NCBI GenBank assembly: GCA_038108555.1
Contig: JAYNIA010000014.1
Location: 1 to 48,510 of the forward strand
Length of the DNA stretch: 48,510 nucleotides
Origin: Nitrospinota bacterium
Lineage (GTDB): Bacteria > Nitrospinota > Nitrospinia > Nitrospinales > VA-1
Direction: 5' to 3'
A program made the translations under genes and the position numbers. The notes beneath the pieces are model-generated. The model was not told the origin of the DNA. It saw only the letters and a list, made by a program, of their open reading frames with translations, and ran no database searches. The stretch's first letter is position 1; the number at the start of each line of letters is the position of its first letter. Shown one piece after another: positions 36,053-46,252 of this stretch.

Positions 36053-38683
36053 ATGAATTCAAAAAAATCATTATCCCAATTTCATCCGGTTGCCTATGGT
36101 TGTCTGTTTTCTTCCGGCATGGCGACCCTGATTTACGAATTGATCTGGTTTCGTTATCTGACTCTGGTTTTCGGTGCGAGTTTGTACGCTTTAAGTGCCG
36201 TCTTGTGCGCTTTTATGCTGGGGTTGGCAGGGGGTGCGTGGTTAATGGGGAGGGTCCTTTCCAAAGAAGGGATCTCCAGGCGATTGATCCTTTGGTATGG
36301 AGCTTTTGAAGGATTGATTGGCCTTTATGCGTTGGCTTTTCCGTTAGGACTGGAATTACTGGAAAATATTTATCCTCTGATTTTGCCCGCAGATGGCCAG
36401 GCTGGAATGGGGCTCCATTTTATGGAATTCGTATTGGGGACCTTTCTGATGCTTCCCGCCACTTTGTTAATGGGGGCAACCCTGCCCTTGATGGGATGTT
36501 GGGCCATTGGCCAGGACAGGGATCAGGTTTTAAACCAACTATCCCGTCTATATGGCTGGAATACTCTCGGCGCGGTGTTTGGTTGTCTTTTCACCCAGTT
36601 TTTTGCCATTCGATTATTGGGAGTTCAGGGGGCTATCTGGGTTGGGGTGTTTTTAAACTTTTTGGTTTTTCTGGTTTGTTTTTTCCTTGGAAAAAAATTA
36701 AGCCAGGAAGAATTTGCAGAACCACTGGTTAAAGGGAAAAAAAAAATCAATGTCGGAGATGACAAGCCTCCCGAAGGGATCACTTTTTTGATTTTTGTGA
36801 TGTTTGCCTATTCCGGAATGGCCGCCCTTTCAAGTGAAATACTTTGGACGCGGATTCTTGTGTTCCCAATGGGAACCACCCTTTTTTCTTTTGCCCTGAT
36901 TCTTTCAACCTTTCTATCAGGGATTGCCCTGGGTAGCCTGGTTGCGAAGCAGTTTTTAGGCAATTCAAATTGGGTGTTGAAATTTATTCTGATCGAAATA
37001 GCCATTGGTCTGGTTTGTATAGGAATTCTCCCGGTGCTTGAAAACCTTACCGAGTGGACTTCAATTGCCGATCAATTTTTCTATAGTTTGGAAAGCTCAC
37101 CTGAAAAGACTCTCCTGGTCCGTTTTCTTTTTGCGTTTGGTTTGATGTTTGTTCCAACCTTTGGTTTTGGATTGTTGTTTCCCCTTGCCAACCAGATTTA
37201 TTCGCTGAACCTGTCAGCGGTGGGAAGGGCTATAGGCAATACTTACTCTATAAATACAATCGGGGGGGTGGTAGGAACTATTCTGACTCCTTTTGTGTTT
37301 ATTCCATTTTTTGGAATTCGTATGTCCATTTTTATTATTTATTCGGTATTAATTCTACTGGGTGTTTTTGTATTTGGAAAATACCGGAAGCAGAGTCCTG
37401 GTTTAAGGGCGACTACGTTGGGAATCACTTTTTTATTGTTATTTTTCGGAAAACTATTTTTTGTTCCCACCATCGAAACTGAAAAATCCGGAGTTCATAA
37501 TCTTGCCCGGTTGGAAATAAACATTCCCCGGGAAAGAATACGACTTCTTGACTATAAAGAGGGTGAGTTTTTAACCATCAGTGTGGTGGAGGACATGGAG
37601 TCCGGTGCAAGAACCATATATCTGGATGGATTCAGTACCGCTACGGTTTCCCGGGCTTTTTCCGGGAGCACCTATATGCAGGCGATGGGATTTGTTCCCA
37701 TGGTTCTACACCCTTCCCCAAAAAATGTTTTAGTCATTGGATTCGGTACCGGAAACACCCTCGGCATTGCTTCATTATTTCCCAATGCAAATGTCCATGG
37801 GGTGGAGATCGATAAGAATGTTTTGGAGTTCTCCAAGTGGTTTTCGGATTGGAATCATGATGTATTGCAAAAGTCGAATACAAAAATTTTTCTTCAGGAT
37901 GGCCGCGCTTTTCTAAGATGGTCTGAAACAAAGTATGATGTCATTATCATGGAACCCATGTCTCCCCTGCAGGCCGGTGTCGTTAATTTGTATTCCAAAG
38001 AATTTTATGATCTTGCCCTGGACCATTTAAAAGAAGGCGGGGTGCTGGTCCAATGGCTTCCCCTGCATCTGATAGGTCGGGAAGATGCTCGCTCTATCAC
38101 TCAAACTTTTAATAATGTGTTTCCAGAGTTTTCAGTCTGGAACAGTTTTTTAACACGTATTGTCCTTTTGGTGGGCTCCCGTGAAAAGGTTGAGATTGAT
38201 AAAAAACTTTTTGATAAAAAGATGAAAAACCCCGAGCTTAGAAAAGTGGCTGAGGAAATGAAGGTCATGACATTTTTGGATTTTGCAGATTTCTTCTTGA
38301 CTGATGGTGATCATCTTAACGAATTTTTGGATAGTGCACCCTTAATAAAAGATAACCGGCCTATTCTTGAATTTTCCAAAGTATCTCTTTTACCACCGAT
38401 GAAATGGGAAACCGATGAGAGTTTTTTAAATATGCTGAGACATCGAATCAACCAAAAACCGCCGGTAAAAGGGTTGCGGGTAGAGGAGCAGGAAATATTT
38501 GAGCGGGATTTTAAACTAAGAACCGCACAAAGGCTTGGCGTGTTTTCCCGCCGTTATCAGGGGCCGGGAGCGGAAGCTTTTGCAAGCAGAAATTATTTTT
38601 TAGGATTGGAAGCGATGACGATTTATTTTGATTCCTATAAGGACCCATCGGTCCATCTGGACGAAGCAATATGGCAAAGGTAA
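36053..38683 (+). CDS. Fused multi-TM / spermidine-synthase-like SAM-dependent protein
   Basis: About 13 TM helices with the repeated SG..L.YE..W.R motif; C-terminal VLVIGFGTG, VEID, DGRAFL and NLYS.EFY; start set at ATG 36053. Confidence 0.88.
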   Translation: MNSKKSLSQFHPVAYGCLFSSGMATLIYELIWFRYLTLVFGASLYALSAVLCAFMLGLAGGAWLMGRVLSKEGISRRLILWYGAFEGLIGLYALAFPLGLELLENIYPLILPADGQAGMGLHFMEFVLGTFLMLPATLLMGATLPLMGCWAIGQDRDQVLNQLSRLYGWNTLGAVFGCLFTQFFAIRLLGVQGAIWVGVFLNFLVFLVCFFLGKKLSQEEFAEPLVKGKKKINVGDDKPPEGITFLIFVMFAYSGMAALSSEILWTRILVFPMGTTLFSFALILSTFLSGIALGSLVAKQFLGNSNWVLKFILIEIAIGLVCIGILPVLENLTEWTSIADQFFYSLESSPEKTLLVRFLFAFGLMFVPTFGFGLLFPLANQIYSLNLSAVGRAIGNTYSINTIGGVVGTILTPFVFIPFFGIRMSIFIIYSVLILLGVFVFGKYRKQSPGLRATTLGITFLLLFFGKLFFVPTIETEKSGVHNLARLEINIPRERIRLLDYKEGEFLTISVVEDMESGARTIYLDGFSTATVSRAFSGSTYMQAMGFVPMVLHPSPKNVLVIGFGTGNTLGIASLFPNANVHGVEIDKNVLEFSKWFSDWNHDVLQKSNTKIFLQDGRAFLRWSETKYDVIIMEPMSPLQAGVVNLYSKEFYDLALDHLKEGGVLVQWLPLHLIGREDARSITQTFNNVFPEFSVWNSFLTRIVLLVGSREKVEIDKKLFDKKMKNPELRKVAEEMKVMTFLDFADFFLTDGDHLNEFLDSAPLIKDNRPILEFSKVSLLPPMKWETDESFLNMLRHRINQKPPVKGLRVEEQEIFERDFKLRTAQRLGVFSRRYQGPGAEAFASRNYFLGLEAMTIYFDSYKDPSVHLDEAIWQR

Positions 38684-40827
38684 ATTTATTTAAAAATTGG
38701 ATTTTTGTTGGATTTTTAATTTTGCTTACATTGGGAGCAGTCCCGGCTTTTGCTTCTGAACCGGTCCACCATCAATTGACCGTTGAGTTAGAACCTGCCA
38801 ACTCCAAAGTTCGCGTGAAAGACCGGGTTTCAATAAACCGGATTGAATCCAATTGTGAAAAAATCAAATTTTTCCTTAATGCGGGTTTGAGGCTGGAACA
38901 AAAGGAAAATCCTCCTGGATACACCGTCGTAAATGAAAAATTCGTTGCAGGAAAACCCTATCTTCAAAAAATCATAGTTCAAAAAAATAGCCAGGGAAAA
39001 TGTCCTGATGAATTGACTTTCACACTGGACTACTCAGGAGAACTTTTAGATTCATCCAATTCCTATGGAGATTCTCTGAGTGTCGAAGGAGTATTTCTTT
39101 CCGGTTCGGATCATTTTTATCCTGTTCAAATGTCCAAGGAAGCCAGAGTTTCTTTTGAAATGGAAGTTCTTACTCCGAAACCCTGGGAAGCGGTGAGTCA
39201 GGGAAAACGAGAGGCATTAAAGTCTGAAAATGACCGGAAACGGGTTCGGTGGAGTTCTGACCTGCCTTCTGAAGAAATTTATTTAATCGCCAACCGTTAT
39301 CAGGTTTTTGAAGATCAACATCGCCACTTGAAGCTTTATGCTTTCCTTTTGCAAAGCGAGGAAGCTCTGGCAAAAAGGTACATTCAAACAGCCAAGCTAT
39401 ATATTGATTTTTACAGCAAAATGTTAGGGGCCTATCCTTATTCCAAGTTCGCACTTGTTGAAAATCCCGAACAAACGGGTTATGGCATGCCTTCTTTTAC
39501 GCTGATGGGATCGCGTGTCATCCGTTTTCCTTTCATCCTGCATTCTTCCTATCCTCATGAAATTTTGCATAATTGGTGGGGGAATGGCGTATTTTTCAAT
39601 TTGGAAGGTGGCAATTGGTCAGAAGGCTTGACCTCATACCTTGCAGATCATTTGCTTTTGGAATTGAAGGGGAAGGGGCCTCAATATCGTTTTCAGGAAA
39701 TGATGAAATATATGAGCTATGTTAACGACACCAACGAATTTCCAATAACGGATTTTTCCTACCGTGACAGCATGGCCTCTCAGGCCATTGGTTACGGAAA
39801 ACTGTTGATGGTTTTCCATATGCTCCGTTTAGAGCTTGGCGATAAGACATTTTTGCAGGGATTAAAAAGATATTACAAGAAATTCAAGTACCGATATGCC
39901 GGCTTTGGGGAGATTCAAAAGACCTTTGAATCGGTTTCAGGGAAAAAACTCGATTGGTTTTTTGAGCAGTGGGTTAAAAGAAAGGGAGCTCCAAAAATCG
40001 AACTGGTGGATGCATCTTATTTAGCGAATAAGGGCCGATATGACCTTTCCATTAGAGTTAAGCAAGTGGAAGGTTCCTACAGGCTTAAGCTTCCAGTTGC
40101 TGTCTGGAAAGAAGGGACGGAGTCCCCGGAAATCGGCTATTTATTGATGGACCAGACCGAGAAGGAATTTCATTTGGGTTTTTCAGAAAAACCCAGGGCA
40201 GTAAGAATTGATCCTTATAATGAAGTGTTTCGGAAACTGGATGGAAGAGAGGTCCCGGCCAGTATCGGTCAGACTTTTGGAGCTCCTCTAATTGAAATTC
40301 TTTTTCCACCCAGAGAAAAAACTTCACAGGGGTATAGTAAATTTGAAAAATTCATTAAAGAAACAGCAGATAATAGAGGGGCAAAACTGATAATTTCCAG
40401 TCATCCACCTTCATCCATTTCAAGCATATGGATTTTGGGGGAAAATATTGGTTCTGCGTTAAATCTAGTTTCAAAATTAAAAAATCTGGGTGTGGGAGTT
40501 GAAGAAGAAGGCGTCAGGTTAAAAGATAAAATTTTTTCATTTGTAGAGCATAGCTTTGTGTTCACCCTTCCTCGGGAAAAAAATCCGGAAAAAACCATTA
40601 CCTGGTTGATAGCTTCTTCTGATAAGAGTATTCCAGGGTTGATTCGAAAATTGCCCCATTACGGGAAATACGGTTTGCTGGTGTTTAAAGGGGATGAACC
40701 ACAAAATGTAGTGAAAGAAATTTGGCCTTCAAATCCAGTGAGCCTACAGAAAGAATTTAGTCCGGGAAACCTTGCCTTACCTGAACAATCTCCTCTGGTA
40801 AAATTTCATCCGGTTGATAATAATTAG
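38671..40827 (+). CDS. Secreted M1-family metallo-aminopeptidase
   Basis: Signal peptide; HEILH-x18-E (WSEGL); GYGMPS in place of GAMEN; YGK Tyr motif. Confidence 0.88.
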   Translation: MAKVNLFKNWIFVGFLILLTLGAVPAFASEPVHHQLTVELEPANSKVRVKDRVSINRIESNCEKIKFFLNAGLRLEQKENPPGYTVVNEKFVAGKPYLQKIIVQKNSQGKCPDELTFTLDYSGELLDSSNSYGDSLSVEGVFLSGSDHFYPVQMSKEARVSFEMEVLTPKPWEAVSQGKREALKSENDRKRVRWSSDLPSEEIYLIANRYQVFEDQHRHLKLYAFLLQSEEALAKRYIQTAKLYIDFYSKMLGAYPYSKFALVENPEQTGYGMPSFTLMGSRVIRFPFILHSSYPHEILHNWWGNGVFFNLEGGNWSEGLTSYLADHLLLELKGKGPQYRFQEMMKYMSYVNDTNEFPITDFSYRDSMASQAIGYGKLLMVFHMLRLELGDKTFLQGLKRYYKKFKYRYAGFGEIQKTFESVSGKKLDWFFEQWVKRKGAPKIELVDASYLANKGRYDLSIRVKQVEGSYRLKLPVAVWKEGTESPEIGYLLMDQTEKEFHLGFSEKPRAVRIDPYNEVFRKLDGREVPASIGQTFGAPLIEILFPPREKTSQGYSKFEKFIKETADNRGAKLIISSHPPSSISSIWILGENIGSALNLVSKLKNLGVGVEEEGVRLKDKIFSFVEHSFVFTLPREKNPEKTITWLIASSDKSIPGLIRKLPHYGKYGLLVFKGDEPQNVVKEIWPSNPVSLQKEFSPGNLALPEQSPLVKFHPVDNN

Positions 40828-40896
40828 GGAAGTTTATGGAATTTGCTAATTTATAAATTGCGAGTAGCCACTTTTTGTATTTTTTGCTAGCCTCTA

Positions 40897-41811
40897 TTGC
40901 TTTGTAACTATTTTAACTTTAAAACCTTGTCTCCTTCAAAATCAAAAATACTGGATTCATTGCTTAAGGTTCTGATTGGTATCGACCTGTTCGCAATGTT
41001 AATAATTTTTATCCACGCAAGGATTTGGCCGGAATTCCCATTTCCTTCTTTGGGTTCGAGGTTGAACAATCCATTTATTTTTCTTTTGATTTTCCTGATC
41101 TTGAGGGGTTGGTTAAATCTGGAGTTTCGGGAAAAACTACTAGGCTTGATAACAAGATGGACCACGGAGGATTCTGTTCGCGTTTATTTTTTTTCCATCC
41201 TTTTGGCGATGCAGGTGGGGCTTCAGGTCATGTGGTTTCTTTATCCCTGGGATTTCTTTTGGAATTTGAACGCTGAAAAAGGTTACGGAACTCTTTATGC
41301 AACAGGACAACTGTTTCTGTTAGGAACGGTTGTCCTCATTACCGCCCGGAAGGATTATGGAGAGGACGCTCCATGGGGCCAAAAACTTCCCTGGTATTTC
41401 GTTGCCTTTGTTTATTTTTTCATTGGATTGGATGACTGTGTGGGCATCCATGAAAACTTTATAGCCATTGGCGGGAAGCTTGCGTTAGAGTCCGTCGCGT
41501 TTCATTTTATCCATGAATGGTTATGGTTTTACGGTCCGGTGGCATTGGCTGTCGCAGTATTTCTTGTGAGGTTTTTTTTGAAACGTTTTTTCTATTCCCC
41601 GAAACTCATGAGTACCATGTTTATTGCTCTGGCCTTATGGGTTGGTGTCCTCGTTTTGGAGGGGCTCTCCAAAAAGGTCGTTGATCCTTTGAGCTATGAT
41701 TACACAAGAATATTGATCGGGATTGAAGAAGGTTTCGAAATGCTGGGTGCAACCCTCTTTATGATTGGCTTCAGTAACCACTATAAATATTTGCAGGGAA
41801 AAAACAATTAA
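40897..41811 (+). CDS. Hypothetical polytopic membrane protein (start uncertain)
   Basis: About 8 TM segments; polar intramembrane motifs DDCVGIHE and IEEGFE. Confidence 0.75.
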   Translation: MLCNYFNFKTLSPSKSKILDSLLKVLIGIDLFAMLIIFIHARIWPEFPFPSLGSRLNNPFIFLLIFLILRGWLNLEFREKLLGLITRWTTEDSVRVYFFSILLAMQVGLQVMWFLYPWDFFWNLNAEKGYGTLYATGQLFLLGTVVLITARKDYGEDAPWGQKLPWYFVAFVYFFIGLDDCVGIHENFIAIGGKLALESVAFHFIHEWLWFYGPVALAVAVFLVRFFLKRFFYSPKLMSTMFIALALWVGVLVLEGLSKKVVDPLSYDYTRILIGIEEGFEMLGATLFMIGFSNHYKYLQGKNN

Positions 41812-43496
41812 CGTAAACGATTCAACACAGCCAAAACATCCTGATACCTTGGTAACGCCAGTCTTCCATTGTTAAAGGGTGTTATTTTGTCCAGCCCTTT
41901 TTCTTCTATCTCGTTTAATATTTCACGGATGGCTTGAGTTCCCCCTCCAGTTTCCTGATTTTCTTTGACCCTGTTTATTACCCATCCACATATTTCCAAT
42001 TGACCTTCTTCAACCAGATGCTCTATGTGCCGGACATCGATTTCGTTTTTTCCAAGGATCAATGTAATGAGGTCGCGTGTTTGAATGACACAATCTTTGT
42101 TCCCCCTTCGAAAACTTAGTGAAGAAAGGTTGCGGAGTCTCGGTTGAACAGTAGGAAAGGGGAACCGGGTTTCAATTTTTCGGTCGGTCGGATTATCTTT
42201 AACAATCTGTTTGGCTTTTTGTGTGACTTCTTTGGGAAGAAAAGAGTCCATGGCTATTACCTGGTGGGCTGAATCAAAATAATCTCCGCTCCCTCCCATA
42301 ACCAGAATGATGCTGGTTCCAAAATTTTTATAGAGCTCTTGCACGCGGTCAACGAGCGGGGTGATGGGCTCGCGGTCATTGGCAATCAGGGCCTGCATTC
42401 TGGAATCCCGAATCATAAAGTTCGTAGCGCAGGTATCTTCATCCATAAGTAATAAAGAAGAATCTGCCTCAAGTGCTTCAATTATATTGATGGCCTGCGA
42501 AGTGGAGCCGCTCGCAGACTGTGTCGAAAAGTTTTCAGTCGAATCAATTGAAGGCAGGTTGTCCATGAAGCCGGAAATATTGATGGGTTGCGATGCCCTT
42601 CCATCTTCGGCTCTGATTTTAACCGCAGTGAGGTTGGTTGCTATAAGCTCCCGACCATCACCTGATACATGGGGATAGATCGCATTTTGAATTGCATTCA
42701 ATAAGGTGCTTTTCCCGTGGAACCCCCCACCCACGATTAAGGTGATTCCCTGGGGTACAGGCATTCCCTTTATCTTTCCTTTGTGTGGGAGTTCCACTTC
42801 TGCTTTTAAATTTTCTGGGGAAACAAAAGGGATGCTGTTGTTTTTTAAAGGTAAATCACTGATGCCAGAAAGTCGGGGTAGATTGGACCCATCTGCAATG
42901 AAAGCCACCCAGCCGTTTTGATCCAACGCATCCCTTAAAGCGAAATAGTCTTCCAGTATTTTTATGGCGTTTTCTGCCAGATTAAAATCGATGTAATCCT
43001 TTGTTAAACTTTCTTCCCAGAGTGAGGGGAGAACCTCAGAAAAAAGACGAATGCATTCTTTTGCAAGAACACTTCTGCCATTGCCGGGTAAACCTGAAAA
43101 TAAAATAATTTTTAAAGTGCCTTGATCGATTTTTATACCGCTCCTTGGAATTACTTTTTGGCTGGGTGCCTGGATTGCAATTTCACCACTTCTTCCCGAG
43201 CCTTTAACCTGGCCCTTCAGGGAAGATATTTTTTTATAAACAATTCTTAATAAATGATCTTCAATTGCCAGCTTCCTGGTTTTGGTATTGAAGAATTCGG
43301 AGGAAAAGCCAATGTCAGATAGCCTGGTTTTCAGGGATACACGCGAAGGAGCCGCAAAAGGGTCTCCCTGGACATGCTCAAAACACAATGTGAATGGAGG
43401 ATAGGAAAAACTTTTACCTTGAAGGGTTTTATAGGCCTTGTAGCCTTTGCCATCCAATGAGCTTAAGAGATTATTGAGGTCACTGGGAATAGGCAT
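41808..43496 (-). CDS. ABC-class ATPase domain protein (ABC_ATPase / YcjX-unrelated soluble family)
   Basis: HVQGDPFAAPS, Walker A GGGFHGKST, RAEDGR, ASGSTSQA, Walker B LLLMDEDT, ATNFM.RD and GGSGDY motifs. Confidence 0.9.
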   Translation of the reverse strand: MPIPSDLNNLLSSLDGKGYKAYKTLQGKSFSYPPFTLCFEHVQGDPFAAPSRVSLKTRLSDIGFSSEFFNTKTRKLAIEDHLLRIVYKKISSLKGQVKGSGRSGEIAIQAPSQKVIPRSGIKIDQGTLKIILFSGLPGNGRSVLAKECIRLFSEVLPSLWEESLTKDYIDFNLAENAIKILEDYFALRDALDQNGWVAFIADGSNLPRLSGISDLPLKNNSIPFVSPENLKAEVELPHKGKIKGMPVPQGITLIVGGGFHGKSTLLNAIQNAIYPHVSGDGRELIATNLTAVKIRAEDGRASQPINISGFMDNLPSIDSTENFSTQSASGSTSQAINIIEALEADSSLLLMDEDTCATNFMIRDSRMQALIANDREPITPLVDRVQELYKNFGTSIILVMGGSGDYFDSAHQVIAMDSFLPKEVTQKAKQIVKDNPTDRKIETRFPFPTVQPRLRNLSSLSFRRGNKDCVIQTRDLITLILGKNEIDVRHIEHLVEEGQLEICGWVINRVKENQETGGGTQAIREILNEIEEKGLDKITPFNNGRLALPRYQDVLAVLNRLR

Positions 43497-44363
43497 TTAA
43501 GAATAGTTTCCTGCGAATCCGGTCGCTGATATGCCAACGGGTAAATATTTCCGTGCGATCCCAACCACTTTCTCTCTGTAGGAAAGGTGGATGGATTCCG
43601 GCATTAAATTGTTCATTATATCGGGTAGAGAAGATTTTCGGGTCCGTGATCCATCGGGGGTTCCATCACCAATAATGAAGTGGTCGATAACAATTGCTGA
43701 TGTCCCAGCGGATTTAATCCTGTTAAAAAAGCTGTCTGGATTGCTCAATGGATAAAGGGGCGAAAGGCAACTTACCGTGAAGATTCCACGCGAAGAAAGT
43801 TTTTCAAGCGTTCTTATACGATCGTCGACACTGCACGGGGGAGGGGGAAGGCCGGGAAGGGTATCGCGATCACCTTCTATGGATATCTGAACTCTTAATT
43901 TGCAGTTTTGCGAAAGCTGGGCAATCGCATCTATATCTTCTAAAATTGCAGAAGAGTGGGTTTGCAAAATCAACTCATCGGGCGGAGTCGATATCATGGC
44001 CTTAAGAACTTTCCGGGTGATTCGATACTTTTTTTCAGCCGGTTGCCAGGGATCGGTGGAGCTAGATAAAAAAATGCTGAAAGTCTGGGGTTGCCGTGCC
44101 GCCCAGGACCTTTCTTTGTTAACCGTTTGGGTATACAGCTCGGCGGCATTGGTTTTGACATCGACAAAACTGCCCCATTTGCGTCCCCGGTTGATCCAGG
44201 TATTGAATCGGACATAGCAACCCTGACCGCAGGAGGAGTTTCCGAATCCGCAACCGCTATAAGGATTCAGTGAATGCGAACTGACTTTTTTGAGGTAACC
44301 CGTTGTTCGGGTCAGAATGGATTTGGTTTGGATTGGATTTATCTGCACAACTTTCGGGGCCAA
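43497..44363 (-). CDS. Radical SAM protein (SplB/Rv2578c-like) with atypical Cys spacing
   Basis: SLNPYSGCGFGNSSCGQGCYV, WG.FVDVK.N, SSSTDPWQP.E and R..TL..L...GI motifs. Confidence 0.85.
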   Translation of the reverse strand: MAPKVVQINPIQTKSILTRTTGYLKKVSSHSLNPYSGCGFGNSSCGQGCYVRFNTWINRGRKWGSFVDVKTNAAELYTQTVNKERSWAARQPQTFSIFLSSSTDPWQPAEKKYRITRKVLKAMISTPPDELILQTHSSAILEDIDAIAQLSQNCKLRVQISIEGDRDTLPGLPPPPCSVDDRIRTLEKLSSRGIFTVSCLSPLYPLSNPDSFFNRIKSAGTSAIVIDHFIIGDGTPDGSRTRKSSLPDIMNNLMPESIHLSYREKVVGIARKYLPVGISATGFAGNYS

Positions 44364-44386
44364 TTTAAATTTGCAGAAATAAACTG

Positions 44387-44866
44387 TCAGGGAATTTCAT
44401 TCCATTTTATCGAGTTGAAATTCTTGCTGAATCCCGGACTGGCCTGGAAATAGGATTCAAAACCTCCCGTCTTTTCATTGGCCATGGTAACCATCCAGCG
44501 TTTATCCGGAAAATTTTTGAAATTTTTTATCCGTACATTTCGGTGGTCTGTCTTTGTCAGGGTAAGGTAACCCCTATTTTTCCCGTAAAAAAATTGGCCA
44601 TATATGGTAACGGTGGTTCCGGGAGGTCCATGAAGCGTAAGGTTGTATTCCCCCACACAAAAACGGTTTCGCATGCTGCTTGTGGCGTTGATGTCGTCAT
44701 CTTTAAGGACAACCAGCACCCGATTGCAGAGCCGACCCGCCAAATGCATTCTAATAGGGTCACTTATATACTTAACAAGAACGAGTTTGGGTTGCTCTTC
44801 TTTCCCCCAGACGGGGGCTGAGATGAAATAAAAGACAAGAAAAAGTATCAGGATTTTTTTGTTCAT
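44387..44866 (-). CDS. Hypothetical secreted protein
   Basis: Signal peptide MNKKILILFLVFYFISAPVWG; AAGGA RBS upstream of ATG 44866. Confidence 0.75.
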   Translation of the reverse strand: MNKKILILFLVFYFISAPVWGKEEQPKLVLVKYISDPIRMHLAGRLCNRVLVVLKDDDINATSSMRNRFCVGEYNLTLHGPPGTTVTIYGQFFYGKNRGYLTLTKTDHRNVRIKNFKNFPDKRWMVTMANEKTGGFESYFQASPGFSKNFNSIKWNEIP

Positions 44867-44959
44867 TTTTCCTTTAAAAAGATTAAAAAACAAACACCTG
44901 CAAGGGATTGCAGTGTGCTTTTATTTTAAGGCAAAATATTGTAATCTGCACGCAACTTT

Positions 44960-46252
44960 TTGAACACCCGTGTGAAAGATAGAACTTCTAAATTGCAGGA
45001 TGCCAACCAAAAATTAAGAGATGAAGCCAAGAGTGCGGATTTGGTAAAGGATATTGCCATGGCTTCCAATGAAACCCGCGCCATAAACGATACGTTGTAT
45101 TTCTGTATTGAGAGAGTTTGTAGATTTGCAGAATGGCCGTTGGGTCACTTATACCTGACCGAAGAGCACGCCTCAAACGTTTTGATTCCCACTGAAATCT
45201 GGCATGTCCGTGATCCGGGAAAATTTGATGTGTTCCAAAAAGTTACCGAAGATACTCCTTTAGAGTTTGGAGTTGGGCTGCCGGGGCGAGTGCTGAAAAG
45301 TGGAGAACCGGAATGGATTATTGATGTAACCAAAGACCCCAATTTTCCCCGGGCAAAACTTGCTGAAGATATTGGCGTCCGTGCCGGTTTCGCTTTTCCT
45401 ATTTTAATCGGTAAAGAGGTTGTGGGGGTGATGGAGTTTTTTTCCACAAAAGCGGTCGAACCGGATGAAGAAATGCTTGCGATCATGGCGCAAGTCGGGA
45501 CCCAGCTTGGCAGGGTGCTTGAAAGAAAACGGGCGCAGGATCAAAGTGAAGCATCTCAAAGCCAATTGAGAAACCTTTACCATCGATTGCAGCAGGTTCG
45601 CGAAGAAGAAAGAACAAGAACCGCAAGGGAGGTTCACGATCACCTCAGTCAACTTTTAACCACGATCAAGCTGGAACTTTCTTTGTTGGATAAAAAACTC
45701 ATTCATTATAATCCGGGAATAAGAGAATCGACCGGCCAGTTGCTCGATATGAGCGACGAGGCGATTCAGTCAGTACAAAGGATTGCCATGGACTTAAGAC
45801 CTCCGATTTTGGACGATCTGGGGCTTTCAGAAGCTATTGAATGGCAGGTTAAGGAGTTCAAAGGCCGAACTGGAATTCACTGCAAATTCCTGAACAAGAT
45901 GAACGGGTTTGAACTGGATCTGGAAAGATCGACAACCCTGTTTCGAATTTTTCAGGAAACCTTAACGAATATTGTACGCCACTCTCAAGCCACCCACGTG
46001 GAAGTTAAATTATATGCCAATGATGAAAATATTAACCTCCAGGTTCAGGACAACGGATGTGGAATAACCCCCGATCAAATACAAAACATGCGCTCATTGG
46101 GATTGCTTGGAATGCGTGAACGCGCTATGGTATGGGGAGGCAATGTAGAAATAAGTGGTACCCCTCAGGAAGGTACTACAGTAACAATCAACATTAAAAA
46201 GGATAGCAATGGTAAAGACGAAGGAAAAGATCAAGGTAATTATAGCGGATGA
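44960..46252 (+). CDS. Cytoplasmic GAF-domain sensor histidine kinase (HisKA_3)
   Basis: GAF domain (GLPGRV, FAFPI, GVMEFF); H-box AREVHD, LRPPILDDLGL, QETLTN, DNGCG and GL.GMRER motifs. Confidence 0.93.
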   Translation: MNTRVKDRTSKLQDANQKLRDEAKSADLVKDIAMASNETRAINDTLYFCIERVCRFAEWPLGHLYLTEEHASNVLIPTEIWHVRDPGKFDVFQKVTEDTPLEFGVGLPGRVLKSGEPEWIIDVTKDPNFPRAKLAEDIGVRAGFAFPILIGKEVVGVMEFFSTKAVEPDEEMLAIMAQVGTQLGRVLERKRAQDQSEASQSQLRNLYHRLQQVREEERTRTAREVHDHLSQLLTTIKLELSLLDKKLIHYNPGIRESTGQLLDMSDEAIQSVQRIAMDLRPPILDDLGLSEAIEWQVKEFKGRTGIHCKFLNKMNGFELDLERSTTLFRIFQETLTNIVRHSQATHVEVKLYANDENINLQVQDNGCGITPDQIQNMRSLGLLGMRERAMVWGGNVEISGTPQEGTTVTINIKKDSNGKDEGKDQGNYSG

